Shown here in pieces: positions 19,376 through 29,347 of a stretch of DNA of 64,000 bases. Every line of letters starts with the position of its first letter. Position 1 is the first letter of the stretch. The stretch is from Polyangiaceae bacterium (GTDB lineage: Bacteria > Myxococcota_A > Polyangia > Polyangiales > Polyangiaceae): NCBI GenBank assembly GCA_965222375.1, contig CBDCTZ010000016.1:2240001-2304000 (forward strand). The letters run 5' to 3'. Position numbers and translations under genes: made by a program. The notes beneath the pieces were generated by a model, which saw only the letters and a program-made list of their open reading frames with translations, made no database searches and had not been told where the DNA came from.

Positions 19376-20197
19376 GTGCGCAGATTCATCGCCGTCGCGA
19401 GCATGTGCCTTGCTTTCAGCGGATTTGCCGCCGCAGAAGCCGACGAGGCCAGCGCGGGCGGCGTGAACGCGCCAGCGGCCACCTCGATGGCGCCAAAGGG
19501 CACTGCGAAAGCGCCGTCGAGAGCTGCAAAAGCGCCGCGGTCCCGTTCGACTTCGAGGTCGGCCAAGGCGGCGCAGCGGCCCAAGCGTCGCTACCTCGTC
19601 GCCGCCATCGGCGATTCCCTCACCGACACCCGGGTCGGTGGTGGCAAGTACCTGGCGGAGCTGCAGAAGCGTTGCCCGGAGAGCCGCTTCGACGCCTACG
19701 GAGTGGGCGGGCAGCAAACCCTGCACATGCGTTGGCGGTTCGATTCCGTGCTCAATCAGCGGCACCGAATGCCGTCCCAGCGCGTGGCGTATACTCACGT
19801 GATCGTCTTGGGTGGTGTGAACGATCTGTCGGCGGGTTCGTTTCGCCGGCCGAGGATCGCGCGTACCCAGGCGAACTTGACGGCAATGTATGCACAAGCT
19901 CGAAAGCGTGGGCTAGAGGTCGTGGCCGTGACGCTGCCTCCTTGGGGGCGCCTCATGGGCAACTATGACAAGCGAGGCGCGGCGACCCGCGCATTGAATG
20001 CGTGGATTCTTTCTCGAGTGGTCGCAGGCCAAGTGGACCAGGCGGTCGACCTCCACCCCCTGCTCAGTTGCGGAGATCCGGACGAGCTGTGTCCAAGTCA
20101 TCGTCGGTTCCCCAATGATCGAGTGCATTGGAATCGCGCTGGTCACAAGGTTGTCGCTGACGCCCTCCACCGCCGCGTGTTCGCCAACTGCAAGTAG
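19376..20197 (+). CDS. Secreted SGNH/GDSL hydrolase
   Basis: Signal peptide; AIGDSLT, LGGVNDL, DRVHWNRAGH. Confidence 0.9.
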   Translation: MRRFIAVASMCLAFSGFAAAEADEASAGGVNAPAATSMAPKGTAKAPSRAAKAPRSRSTSRSAKAAQRPKRRYLVAAIGDSLTDTRVGGGKYLAELQKRCPESRFDAYGVGGQQTLHMRWRFDSVLNQRHRMPSQRVAYTHVIVLGGVNDLSAGSFRRPRIARTQANLTAMYAQARKRGLEVVAVTLPPWGRLMGNYDKRGAATRALNAWILSRVVAGQVDQAVDLHPLLSCGDPDELCPSHRRFPNDRVHWNRAGHKVVADALHRRVFANCK

Positions 20198-20205
20198 CGT
20201 TCGCG

Positions 20206-20685
20206 TCAGCTTTCGGCGAGGGCAGTCAGGGCCGCGCCGGTGAGCCGAAACAGATTCCACTCTTCCATCGGCGTCGCTCCCAAGGATCGGTAGAAATCGA
20301 TCCCCAGCTGATTCCAGTCTAAAACGGCCCACTCCATACGGGCGTAGCCTCGCCGCTGGCAGGTCCGCGCCAACTCTCGGAGTAGCGCTCTGCCTACTCC
20401 ATGGCGCCGAAAGTCCTCCGACACGAAGAGGTCTTCCAGGTAGAGTCCTGGCACGCCTCGCCAAGTGGAATAGTTCTGAAAAAAGAGCGCGAATCCCGCG
20501 GGTTTTCCTGCGTAGTCGGCGATGATGCACTCGAAAGGAGAGCGCGGGCTGGCGAGCTGCTCGCGGATCTTTGCGGGCGTGGTTTTCACCGCGTCGGGCT
20601 CCTTTTCGTACACCGCAAGATCGCAGATGAACCGAAATATCACTTCGGCATCCGCCACCGTGGCAGGGCGAAGTCGAGTGCTCAC
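20206..20685 (-). CDS. GNAT N-acetyltransferase (diamine acetyltransferase-like)
   Basis: NYSTWRGVPGLYLEDLFV, RRHGVG, EWAVLDWN, FYRSLGA; GTGA overlap with the upstream gene. Confidence 0.92.
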   Translation of the reverse strand: MSTRLRPATVADAEVIFRFICDLAVYEKEPDAVKTTPAKIREQLASPRSPFECIIADYAGKPAGFALFFQNYSTWRGVPGLYLEDLFVSEDFRRHGVGRALLRELARTCQRRGYARMEWAVLDWNQLGIDFYRSLGATPMEEWNLFRLTGAALTALAES

Positions 20686-22550
20686 CGAATTGTGACGGTC
20701 TTGCTCACGGTTATCGCTGAACCGGAGAAGGGGGGAATGCGGGCACTTCGCATGCGGGATGCAATGCACCCGCCTGTGGCAGTGCCCGCGAAGGGGGGGC
20801 CGTTCACGGTAGCGCTCGTGACCCGACCACTCTTGGCGAAGGTCACGATGACCGTTGCTGTGCCGGTCGGATCGCCAGGCTTGCGGCAGCCCGAAGCACT
20901 GCCCGCCGCAGCATTGAGTGCCGAAACCGCTGCGTTCTTGTCGAAGGGCGCAGCGATGGGAACCTCTTTCGGTTCTTCTTTGGGCTCTTCCTTCGGTTCT
21001 TCCTTCGGTTCTTTCTTCGGCTCTTTGGGGTCCGCAGCCGTGGTCGGCTTGGTCACGCCGGTCGCCGGTGTCTCACCCGTGGGCGTCGTGGGCTTGCCCG
21101 CCGCAGTGGAGGCCGGAGTCTCCGTGCCGGTGGTCGCCGGGTCATCGATGTCGACCGGGTCTTCCGTTGGGGTTGGCGACTCCGCGGTTGGAGTTTCCGC
21201 CGGCTCCGGGGTGTCCGTCGCCGCCGAAGTCGGCTCAGAGGTGCTGGTAGACGCCGTTTCCGGAGGCGTGGGCGTCCTGCCGAACCACCAGGCGATGGCC
21301 GCGATGGCGGCCGCGCCAACCAAGAGCCACCACAGCGGCGAAGCTTTCGACTCTTCTTCGTCCTGAGTCGTTCGGGCGGGGGTGGAGCGCGCCGTGCCTT
21401 CCGCCTCGCGTTTCTTGGGGGCGTCGCTCTTGCGGTCGTCTTCCGCCGCGTCTTCCTCGGTTTCCGCGTCCTCCGGGACCGGTGCCGTTGTCAAGTCGAT
21501 GGACGGTGCTGCCATCGGTGACCCAACGATAGACCCGCTCCCCATCATCAGCAGGGACTCGTCCACGCGCTCGGAGTCGTCTTCCTGTTTCTTGCGCGGT
21601 TTGGGACCGAGGCTGGTGGTCAGGGATCGCAAATCCGGCGTACCGCTATCCGGCGCACTGTCCATATCGTCGCCGGGATCTGGGTTGAGTTGCTTCGGCT
21701 TACCGGGGCGGGGCTCGGGAGCGGGCGGCGATTTGGCCTGAGGCGGCTCGGACGGAATGAGCTCCAGATCGGCATCCCGAATCGAAACCGGCGCCGAACT
21801 CACGGGTGCTTCTTCTTCTTCGGACTCCTTGCCTGCATCGAAGGTCCCCGACCCGACACTCCGGAACGGTCCGACCTCTTCGGTGCCGTCCAAGGACGCA
21901 ATCGCTGACTTCTCTGGTTTCGGCGTCGCTTCGGCGCGCTCCGGCCTCGGCATCGTCTTCGGGTTGCTTGGTTCCGACGGCGGCGGCGCGAGGGTGGGGC
22001 GCTTGTTTTTCGCCTTCTTCAGGGCAGCCTGCAGCGCAGCGTCTGCGCCTCGCACTTCCATTCCCGTGCCCAAGAAGCCGCCCGTGTCTTCATCTTTCTG
22101 AGGTATCAGTTTCGCAAGATCGGGGATCTCTGCAATGGGCAGCCAATCCGGCATGCCCTCCCGCCACACGATCGTGTCGCCGTGGATCTCGCCTCGGTCG
22201 AGAGAGCGCCGGATCTGGCTGGCGGTCAGCTCACGATCATCGTCGGCCGAAAAACTCACCAACCACAGCCCTTTGACCGGCGGGATCGTGTTCCTGCCAC
22301 TCTGGGTCACCAGAGGGATGGTGGGCGTGCCGTCCCCTGGACCACTGTCGATGGCGCTCTCTTCCAGAGTGAACGGCTTTGGGTGCTCGCTCAGTGGCCC
22401 CGACGCCAGTTCAACGCCGTCCACGGTGATCTCATTCTGGCACTGCTTGCATCGTACAGTGACGACGCGGCCTTTCACCTTGCGTTCGAAAAGCTCATCG
22501 CTCAGCGCGAACTTTGCGCTGCACTCCGCGCACCGGACCCCATACGCCAT
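20682..22550 (-). CDS. Zinc-ribbon / GYF_2 / TM / TonB-C-like protein (GltJ/AgmX-like)
   Basis: CAEC...CKQC zinc ribbon; DTIVWREGMPDWLPI (GYF_2); single TM; KEEP repeats; C-terminal VTFAKSGRVTSA...GGCIA...PPFSG. Confidence 0.75.
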   Translation of the reverse strand: MAYGVRCAECSAKFALSDELFERKVKGRVVTVRCKQCQNEITVDGVELASGPLSEHPKPFTLEESAIDSGPGDGTPTIPLVTQSGRNTIPPVKGLWLVSFSADDDRELTASQIRRSLDRGEIHGDTIVWREGMPDWLPIAEIPDLAKLIPQKDEDTGGFLGTGMEVRGADAALQAALKKAKNKRPTLAPPPSEPSNPKTMPRPERAEATPKPEKSAIASLDGTEEVGPFRSVGSGTFDAGKESEEEEAPVSSAPVSIRDADLELIPSEPPQAKSPPAPEPRPGKPKQLNPDPGDDMDSAPDSGTPDLRSLTTSLGPKPRKKQEDDSERVDESLLMMGSGSIVGSPMAAPSIDLTTAPVPEDAETEEDAAEDDRKSDAPKKREAEGTARSTPARTTQDEEESKASPLWWLLVGAAAIAAIAWWFGRTPTPPETASTSTSEPTSAATDTPEPAETPTAESPTPTEDPVDIDDPATTGTETPASTAAGKPTTPTGETPATGVTKPTTAADPKEPKKEPKEEPKEEPKEEPKEVPIAAPFDKNAAVSALNAAAGSASGCRKPGDPTGTATVIVTFAKSGRVTSATVNGPPFAGTATGGCIASRMRSARIPPFSGSAITVSKTVTIR

Positions 22551-22653
22551 GATCGCCCGTCTATACGCGGATGGTCGCGCAAGCGCCACCCGTCTGGTTC
22601 CGCTCCGGAAGGCGTGTCGAGGTTTGTGTCATAAGTGCCTGAAATTAATTGGA

Positions 22654-23442
22654 TTATTGTCGAGGTGGACGCGCGACGATCGCGGACAAATGACGCCCGC
22701 TTTTTGCGCCGTCTCGCCGAAAAGAAAAGAAACGCGCGGGCTCCATGACCGTGCAGCCGCGCACCCAGTCGATGTGCTGCTTGGGAAGCCCCGCATCCAC
22801 GAGCTGCATTTCGAGGATCCGTGCGAGCGAGACGTGGGGTTTGGGAGTGCGCTTCCAATCCACTCCGCCCGCGCCAGGGCGACAGGCCTCGAGCTGTTCC
22901 GCCACGTCGGCGCCTACCTCGAAGGCCTCTTCACTGATGTGAGGCCCGATGGCGGCCAGGATCCGGGCCATAGACCCGGCGCGCTTCCGTAGTGCCTCCA
23001 CTGCCACGACGGCCATTCCTTGCGCAACGCCCCGCCAACCTGCGTGGGCGGCGCACACCGCGCCGCTCTCAGGAGCTGCGAGTAGGAGCGGGACGCAGTC
23101 TGCGCTGCGTACACCACAGCCGACCTGGGGGGATGCGCTGAGTACCGCGTCCCCCTGTCGCTCCAAGCTCGCTGCGCGAGTCGCACTTTCATCGACCTCG
23201 TGCACGACGGTGCCGTGGACCTGGGACAGAAAGAGCAGCCTTTCCGGCTCGACTTGCAGGCTCTGAGCGGCCCGCCGCAGGTTTTCTTCGACCTTTTCCG
23301 GCTCATCCCCAGCGGCCACACTGAAGGACAGTGAGGCATACGGCCCCTCGGAGACCCCACCCAGGCGAGTGAAGAAAGCGTGGCGAAACCCCGCTTCCAA
23401 CAACAGTGGGCTCTGCAAGTAGTCGATGCCGGAGGTGAGCAT
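22654..23442 (-). CDS. pgeF: Peptidoglycan editing factor PgeF (YfiH)
   Basis: FTRLGGVS, QVHGT, SADCVPLL, AHAGWRG, IGPHI, FFSFRR. Confidence 0.94.
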   Translation of the reverse strand: MLTSGIDYLQSPLLLEAGFRHAFFTRLGGVSEGPYASLSFSVAAGDEPEKVEENLRRAAQSLQVEPERLLFLSQVHGTVVHEVDESATRAASLERQGDAVLSASPQVGCGVRSADCVPLLLAAPESGAVCAAHAGWRGVAQGMAVVAVEALRKRAGSMARILAAIGPHISEEAFEVGADVAEQLEACRPGAGGVDWKRTPKPHVSLARILEMQLVDAGLPKQHIDWVRGCTVMEPARFFSFRRDGAKSGRHLSAIVARPPRQ

Positions 23443-23532
23443 GTAGTCAGAGTACAGGGCTTTTGGCCCCTTCTGACCGACCCCAGGTCCGGCCTCGTAG
23501 CGGGGCGCAAGTTTTGCTATGAGCCAAGCTTG

Positions 23533-24627
23533 ATGCGACCAGCCGATCCCTTCATCGGCCGGGAGATCTTAGGAGGGCAGTTCCAGATCCTCCAAAAGAT
23601 CGGAACCGGCGGCATGGGTTCAGTCTACAAGGCTTCCCAGCCCGAGATGAATCGGATGGTGGCGATCAAGATCCTCCATCCCAAGCTGGCCGGGCGCAAG
23701 GATCTGGTTTCGCGTTTCCGCCGTGAAGCGCGGGCCATGAGCCAGCTGACCCATCCAAACACCGTGAAGGTGTTCATGTATGGCGAGCTCGAAGACGATG
23801 GCTCGCTGTACATCGTGATGGAATTCCTGGAAGGGCGGAACCTGAATCAGACCGTCCGCAAAGGAGGCCCTCTGCCTCCGGACCGCGCCATTCCGGTGCT
23901 TGTTCAAGTTTGCGGCGCCCTACATGAAGCCCACCAAATGGGGATCGTGCACCGGGACCTCAAGCCCGAGAACATCTTCCTCTCCGAACAGCGCGGATTG
24001 AAGGACTACCCGAAAGTGCTCGACTTCGGTCTGGCCAAGGTCACTGAGCGTCAAATGCGGCCGGGTTCGGTGATTCTGACCCAAGAAGGCATGGTCTTCG
24101 GCACGCCGGAGTTCATGTCGCCGGAGCAGGCACAGGGCAAGAACCTCGACGCGCGAAGCGACCTCTATTCCCTCGCGGTCATTCTCTACGAAGTGCTCAC
24201 GGGAAAACTGCCGTTCAACGCCAAGACGCCCATGGAGTACATTCAGAAGCACGTTATGGAACCGCCGATTCTCCTGAATCAACGCGTACCTGGTAAGGCG
24301 TTTCCCCCTGGCCTCGAGGCGGTGCTGAACAAAGCGATCGCCAAGAAACCCGACGACCGCTACCAGACCGCCGAGGAGTTTGCCAACGCGCTGAAGCCTT
24401 TCGCCAGTGCGACCGTCGACGCCTCACCGCAGCCGCCGGCTACGTCGGCACCGGTTCACTCGGCGCCCCAGCCCTCCGCGCCCGACACTGCCCTCGGTGC
24501 GGTCGCTCCGCCGCAACCCGCTGCGTCCCGCGGGCCTGGAATTGGTCTACTGGTCGGGGTCGCAGCGGCCTGTCTCGCCTTGGGGATCATTCTCGCCATC
24601 GTGGTGATGAAGCTCGTGATCCAGTGA
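23533..24627 (+). CDS. Eukaryotic-type Ser/Thr protein kinase with C-terminal TM
   Basis: GTGGMGSV, AIK, HRDLKPEN, DFGLAK, GTPEFMSPEQ. Confidence 0.96.
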   Translation: MRPADPFIGREILGGQFQILQKIGTGGMGSVYKASQPEMNRMVAIKILHPKLAGRKDLVSRFRREARAMSQLTHPNTVKVFMYGELEDDGSLYIVMEFLEGRNLNQTVRKGGPLPPDRAIPVLVQVCGALHEAHQMGIVHRDLKPENIFLSEQRGLKDYPKVLDFGLAKVTERQMRPGSVILTQEGMVFGTPEFMSPEQAQGKNLDARSDLYSLAVILYEVLTGKLPFNAKTPMEYIQKHVMEPPILLNQRVPGKAFPPGLEAVLNKAIAKKPDDRYQTAEEFANALKPFASATVDASPQPPATSAPVHSAPQPSAPDTALGAVAPPQPAASRGPGIGLLVGVAAACLALGIILAIVVMKLVIQ

Positions 24628-27179
24628 CTTCCGAGCCCCCGCCGGGCTCGCCCTCGCAGCCCCCTGAGCCAGAATCTGCGCCGGATGGGGCTGGGGCGGA
24701 GGCCTCTGAGCCCAATTCCACGCCCGGTGAGCCGGCGCCGTCCCAGAAAAAGCCCGCAAAAAACTGGCCGGATGAGGCTGGGGTCGGCGAGCGTTGGAAG
24801 GTCGTGGCATACACCTGGCTCAAGCGCGTGGGGGTTTCCCTTTTGGCCCTGGCGGCTCTGGCTGCGCTCACCGTGGTTGGTGTTGTTCGCTACTACGAGG
24901 CGGACCTGCCCAGTGTGGAAGAACTGAAGCGGGGATACGAGCCACCTCAAGTGACGCGCGTGCTGGCTAGCGATGGGACGTTGCTCGCCTCTCTATTCAC
25001 GGAGCGTCGCACCGTCGTCGCACTCGCGGATGTGTCGGATGCGGGCAAGCTGGCTTTTCTCGCCGCGGAGGATGCGAGCTTCTACGAGCACGAGGGTCTG
25101 GACTACCTGGGAATGCTCCGGGCGATGTGGGTTAACATACGCGCGGGCAAGACGGTGCAGGGTGGCAGCACGATCACCCAGCAGGTCGTCAAGAACCTAC
25201 TCTTGGATCCCAAGCGCACCTACCGACGCAAGATCCGGGAGACGATCTTGGCTCGCCGACTCGAGCAGTACTTGAGCAAAGACGAGATCTACAATCTCTA
25301 CTTGAACCACATCTATCTGGGGCACGGTCGCTATGGCGTCGAAGAAGCCGCGCGCTACTACTTCGGTAAGAAGGCGAAGCAGCTCGAGTTGGCGGAAGCC
25401 GCGCTGCTGGCCGGCATCGTTGCATCCCCGGAGCGGCTGTCTCCGCGAAATGCGCCGGAAAAATCCTTGAAGCGTCGGCGCTACGTTTTGGATCAGATGA
25501 AGGCCAAGGGCTTCGTCACCTCGGAGCTCCATGCCGCAAACGTCGACGCGCCGTTGCGCCTGGCGCCTGCCGTGGATGCCGAGAGCCAACTCTCACCCGA
25601 GATCGTCGCCCTGGTGAAACGCACCCTCGAGAAGGCGGCATCCGGTCGCGCAAAGAAGGGTGGATTCGTAGTTCATACCAGTATCGACCCCGCACTCCAG
25701 GCCGCGGCCCGCAAAGCGGTGCGGGACAACCTCGACAAGTACATGGTCCGCCAGAAACTCGCGCCGCCTTTCACCCTGAAAAAGCGGCGCCTCTGGGGCC
25801 CGGCGTTCCAAGGGCACCCCAAGCCCCATCACATCTACGTGGGCAAGGTGCGGTCACTCAACGACGCAGCTGGAACCATCGATGTCGAAGTGGGTGACGT
25901 CGTTGGCCAGGTGAACCTCGCAAAGGAAGAGCGCTTCAACCCCAAGCGGTTGAAGCCGAGCGAGGTGGTGAGCGTTGGCGCAGCCCTGCGGGTGGGGGTC
26001 CTGCAAGAGCCGAACGGTTCCGACATCGTACCCTTGCGGCTGGAGCTCGGTCCTCAGGCCGCGTTGGTGGCCATCGACCCACGCACTCGTCACGTCAAGG
26101 CGCTGGTCGGCAGCTACGAAGCTCTGGCAGGCGGGTTGGATCGCGCGACGCAGGCCATGCGTCAGCCGGGCTCGGCCTTCAAGCCCGTCGTTTACGGATA
26201 CGCGCTGAAGTCTCGTCGGCTCACGCCGGCTACGGTGCTGGAGCTCGCCGCGCGGAAAGACGGAAAGGTGGAGACCCGTCGCGTAGGGGTGCGGATGGCG
26301 CTGGCAAAGAGCGACAACGCAGCGGCGGAGCATATTCTCGGGAAGGTTGGCGCGCCCAATGTCGTGGAGCATGCCCGGGCTCTTGGGATCGAAAGCAAGC
26401 TGGGGGCAGATCTGAGCCTGGCGCTCGGCTCCTACGAGCTGCGGCCCATCGAGATCGCCAATGCCTACGCGACGCTGGCGAGCGGCGGCCAGTTCGCTCC
26501 TCCGATCTTGGTGACAAAAATCGTCGGGCCTGACAACAAGGAAGTTCCGCTGCCGCCTCGAGTACCCGCGCGGCGTGTGATGGACGAAGCCGAGGCCTAC
26601 CTTACCACGAGCCTGATGCGGAGTGTGGTCACGGACGGAACCGGGAAGCGGGCTCGCGCTCTCGGCAGGCCTGTGGCTGGCAAGACTGGAACCACCAATC
26701 GGGCGAAGGATGCTTGGTTCGTCGGATACTCCACAGACCTCGTAGCGGCAGTCTGGGTCGGTTACGATGATACGTTGCCCTTGGGCTGGGGTGAGTCCGG
26801 AGGGGTCACCGCATTGCCGGCCTGGGTGAAGTTCATGAAGGCGGCCCACAAGGGCAAACCCAGCACGGACTTCACGCGGCCGCACGGCGTGGTCATGCTC
26901 AAGATCGATCCCGAAAGCGGGCTGCTGGCACCACCCGGTCAGGAGGGCGCTGTGGAGGAGGAGTTCCTTGCCGGCACAGAACCCTCGGAAGTCGCGACCC
27001 TGGATGCCGGTGCGGATGCGGCGACGGACGCGGGCGCAGAGCAGCAAGAGGTGACGACGGCCGACGCCGCCTCCAGCGTGGCGGTGGCGCCCGAGTTGAA
27101 GCCCGATGCCAGCGCTGCGAGCACTGGACCTCCTGCGACCGCGCATACCACTCCCGCCGAGGATTTGCCGCCGTTCTAA
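24624..27179 (+). CDS. mrcA: Penicillin-binding protein 1A (transglycosylase/transpeptidase)
   Basis: AAEDASFYEH, GGSTITQQ, RKIRE; SAFK, SDN and KTGT motifs. Confidence 0.93.
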   Translation: MTSEPPPGSPSQPPEPESAPDGAGAEASEPNSTPGEPAPSQKKPAKNWPDEAGVGERWKVVAYTWLKRVGVSLLALAALAALTVVGVVRYYEADLPSVEELKRGYEPPQVTRVLASDGTLLASLFTERRTVVALADVSDAGKLAFLAAEDASFYEHEGLDYLGMLRAMWVNIRAGKTVQGGSTITQQVVKNLLLDPKRTYRRKIRETILARRLEQYLSKDEIYNLYLNHIYLGHGRYGVEEAARYYFGKKAKQLELAEAALLAGIVASPERLSPRNAPEKSLKRRRYVLDQMKAKGFVTSELHAANVDAPLRLAPAVDAESQLSPEIVALVKRTLEKAASGRAKKGGFVVHTSIDPALQAAARKAVRDNLDKYMVRQKLAPPFTLKKRRLWGPAFQGHPKPHHIYVGKVRSLNDAAGTIDVEVGDVVGQVNLAKEERFNPKRLKPSEVVSVGAALRVGVLQEPNGSDIVPLRLELGPQAALVAIDPRTRHVKALVGSYEALAGGLDRATQAMRQPGSAFKPVVYGYALKSRRLTPATVLELAARKDGKVETRRVGVRMALAKSDNAAAEHILGKVGAPNVVEHARALGIESKLGADLSLALGSYELRPIEIANAYATLASGGQFAPPILVTKIVGPDNKEVPLPPRVPARRVMDEAEAYLTTSLMRSVVTDGTGKRARALGRPVAGKTGTTNRAKDAWFVGYSTDLVAAVWVGYDDTLPLGWGESGGVTALPAWVKFMKAAHKGKPSTDFTRPHGVVMLKIDPESGLLAPPGQEGAVEEEFLAGTEPSEVATLDAGADAATDAGAEQQEVTTADAASSVAVAPELKPDASAASTGPPATAHTTPAEDLPPF

Positions 27180-27210
27180 CGGAAGTCTGCGCTGCTATGC
27201 TGCCGGCGCC

Positions 27211-28188
27211 ATGGCGCAGAAGAAGAAGAAGGCGGTCGCGAAGAAGAAGACGGGCACCAAGCGGCGCCGTGGCGTCAAACTGAAGCCCACGAACCTGACC
27301 GCGAGCGAACTTGGAGTTTTGGACTCGCCGCCGGAACTTCAGGTTCTGGAACAGCAAGTCGAGCAGGACGGTGGAACTGTACTCGGGCGCTATCGCGAAC
27401 CCTTGGGTGGGCACGCTCAGCTCTTCGTGGCCCTACCCATCGAACGCGTCGAACCTACACCGTTTCAGCGCGACGTGTCTGACGCCCACGCGCGAAAACT
27501 CACCCGAGCCATGGACAAAACGAAGCGGTTTCTCGATCCGATCATCGTGGTCCATGACGACGGACGCTACTTCACGCCCAACGGTAACCATCGCTTGACA
27601 GTTCTGAAGGAACTGGGCGCCAGCGCCGTAGTCGCACTGCTGGTTCCGGACAAGGCGGTCGCATATCAGATCCTCGCTTTGAACATCGAGAAAGCCCACA
27701 ACCTCCGCGAGCGCGCCACGGAAGTGCGTCGAATGGTGGAGGACCTGGCGACCTGGTCGGACCAGAAGGAAAAAGACCTGGAGTTCGAACTCGAGGAGCC
27801 AGCGCTAGTCAGCCTCGGCTTCGCCTACGCCGAGCGTGGTCGCTTCTCGGGCGGAGCGTATCATCCGGCGATCAAGAAGGTGGACGCATGGATCCCGGGA
27901 CCTTTGAGCAAGGCCGTCGAAGAGCGAAGGCGCCGCGCTGCGCTGTTGTTGGACCTGGATGACGCCGTGGCGGAGGCAGTGAAGAAGCTCAAGGAGCAGG
28001 GTTTGACCAGCCCGTACCTCAAGGCTTTCGTGGTGGCGAGGGTGAACCCCCTGCGTTTCATCAAGGGGGAGCTACCCAGCTTCGACGAGCTGCTGGAAAC
28101 TATGACCCGGCGTGCGCGTAATATGAAGACCGACAAGATCAAGACCGAGGACCTGGCTCGAAGTGGAGGCGCTTCCAGTGAAGACTGA
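27211..28188 (+). CDS. ParB N-terminal (ParB/Srx) domain protein, orphan
   Basis: VEPTPFQRD, FLDPIIV, TPNGNHRL, ALNIEK; Lys-rich N-terminus. Confidence 0.8.
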   Translation: MAQKKKKAVAKKKTGTKRRRGVKLKPTNLTASELGVLDSPPELQVLEQQVEQDGGTVLGRYREPLGGHAQLFVALPIERVEPTPFQRDVSDAHARKLTRAMDKTKRFLDPIIVVHDDGRYFTPNGNHRLTVLKELGASAVVALLVPDKAVAYQILALNIEKAHNLRERATEVRRMVEDLATWSDQKEKDLEFELEEPALVSLGFAYAERGRFSGGAYHPAIKKVDAWIPGPLSKAVEERRRRAALLLDLDDAVAEAVKKLKEQGLTSPYLKAFVVARVNPLRFIKGELPSFDELLETMTRRARNMKTDKIKTEDLARSGGASSED

Positions 28189-28816
28189 AATCAGCCCGCG
28201 ACGCTATGCGCGCATGTTGCTCCTTGGGACCACGGTGCCCTTGCTAGCTCTCGCGAGCGCGGGTTGCGGAAGCGATGATGATCCGAGCGGAGGCACCGGT
28301 GGCGCTGGCGGCGCCGGTGGTAGCGGGGGCGCCACGGGGATGTGCAATGCCGCTGTGGCGCCTTTCGGGACGGACCCTGCGGCCTCGCACTCCTTTCCAG
28401 ATATCGAGATCACGGACTGCAATGGCAAGCGACAGACCTTGGATGAACTCCGCTGTTCGGCCAAGGTGACGTTGGTGAGCATCGGCGCTGGTTGGTGCCA
28501 GCCCTGCAAGGACGAAACGCCTTTGTTGCAGGAGCTGAAGAACAAGATGGGGCCGCAAGGAGTCGAAGTCGTCCAGATCATGTTCGAGGACGCCCAAGGC
28601 AACCCCGCAACCACCCTGTTCTGTGAGACTTGGCGCGATACCTACACCCTGACGCTGCCCTTATACGTGGACCCGGCGGCAAACACTCTAGCGTACTTCA
28701 ACTCCGTCAAGGCGCCTCTCAACCTGCTCCTCGATCGAGATGGAAAAGTGTTGTGGAGCGAGATCGGCGTGATCCCGAAAGACCTGGAAGGCACCGTCAC
28801 TCAGTACTTGAAGTGA
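28178..28816 (+). CDS. Thioredoxin-like (TlpA/redoxin) lipoprotein
   Basis: Lipobox SAGC; AGWCQPC; PLNLLLDRDGKV; GGAGG RBS. Confidence 0.85.
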   Translation: MKTEISPRRYARMLLLGTTVPLLALASAGCGSDDDPSGGTGGAGGAGGSGGATGMCNAAVAPFGTDPAASHSFPDIEITDCNGKRQTLDELRCSAKVTLVSIGAGWCQPCKDETPLLQELKNKMGPQGVEVVQIMFEDAQGNPATTLFCETWRDTYTLTLPLYVDPAANTLAYFNSVKAPLNLLLDRDGKVLWSEIGVIPKDLEGTVTQYLK

Positions 28817-28979
28817 CACGTGGCACGGTCCCACTAGGCCCTGCTCTAGAGTCGTGGCCCAGGTCGCCCCAGGGAAGCGACCCAAAAAACCAGAGCAGAG
28901 CATGGTGCTCGATGTGACTTCAGCTTGGGTGGAGGTCGCTGGGACTCACTGGCGCGGCTGCAGCGCGCAGCTAAGGGGC

Positions 28980-29303
28980 AGCCCGAGCCAGCCCATGCTG
29001 GGGCGACGACGACGCCCTTGAGGGCCTCCCGCGCTACGGAGCCCGCCATGGAGCGCCCGTCTCGAGACACACGAACACCTTCCAGCAGAACGCCGTCCTT
29101 GAAGCCGGCGCGGTCGGCCTGCTCCAGCGCTCGTTTGGATGGGACGAACTCCACCAAGCGCCCGGGTGTCGTCGCTATGGCCTTGGCTGGGGCAGCGACG
29201 CCGTGGTGGCGGACCGTCGCGGTGGCGGCTGCCCCGCGCAAGACGCCGTGGCGGTCAGGATGAGCCATCCGAGCGCGAAGCGGAGTGTGCTGGCGCGGGG
29301 CAT
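28980..29303 (-). pseudogene. Possible frameshifted and truncated lipoprotein gene remnant
   Basis: MPRASTLRFALGWLILTATASC stops at 29175; protein-like sequence continues in a neighbouring frame (GVLLEGVRV...VVAPAWAGSG) and then degrades. Confidence 0.3.
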
Positions 29304-29347
29304 GCCCAGCACTTTACAGGGCCGCCCGCTGCGGTAAAACGCCAGGC

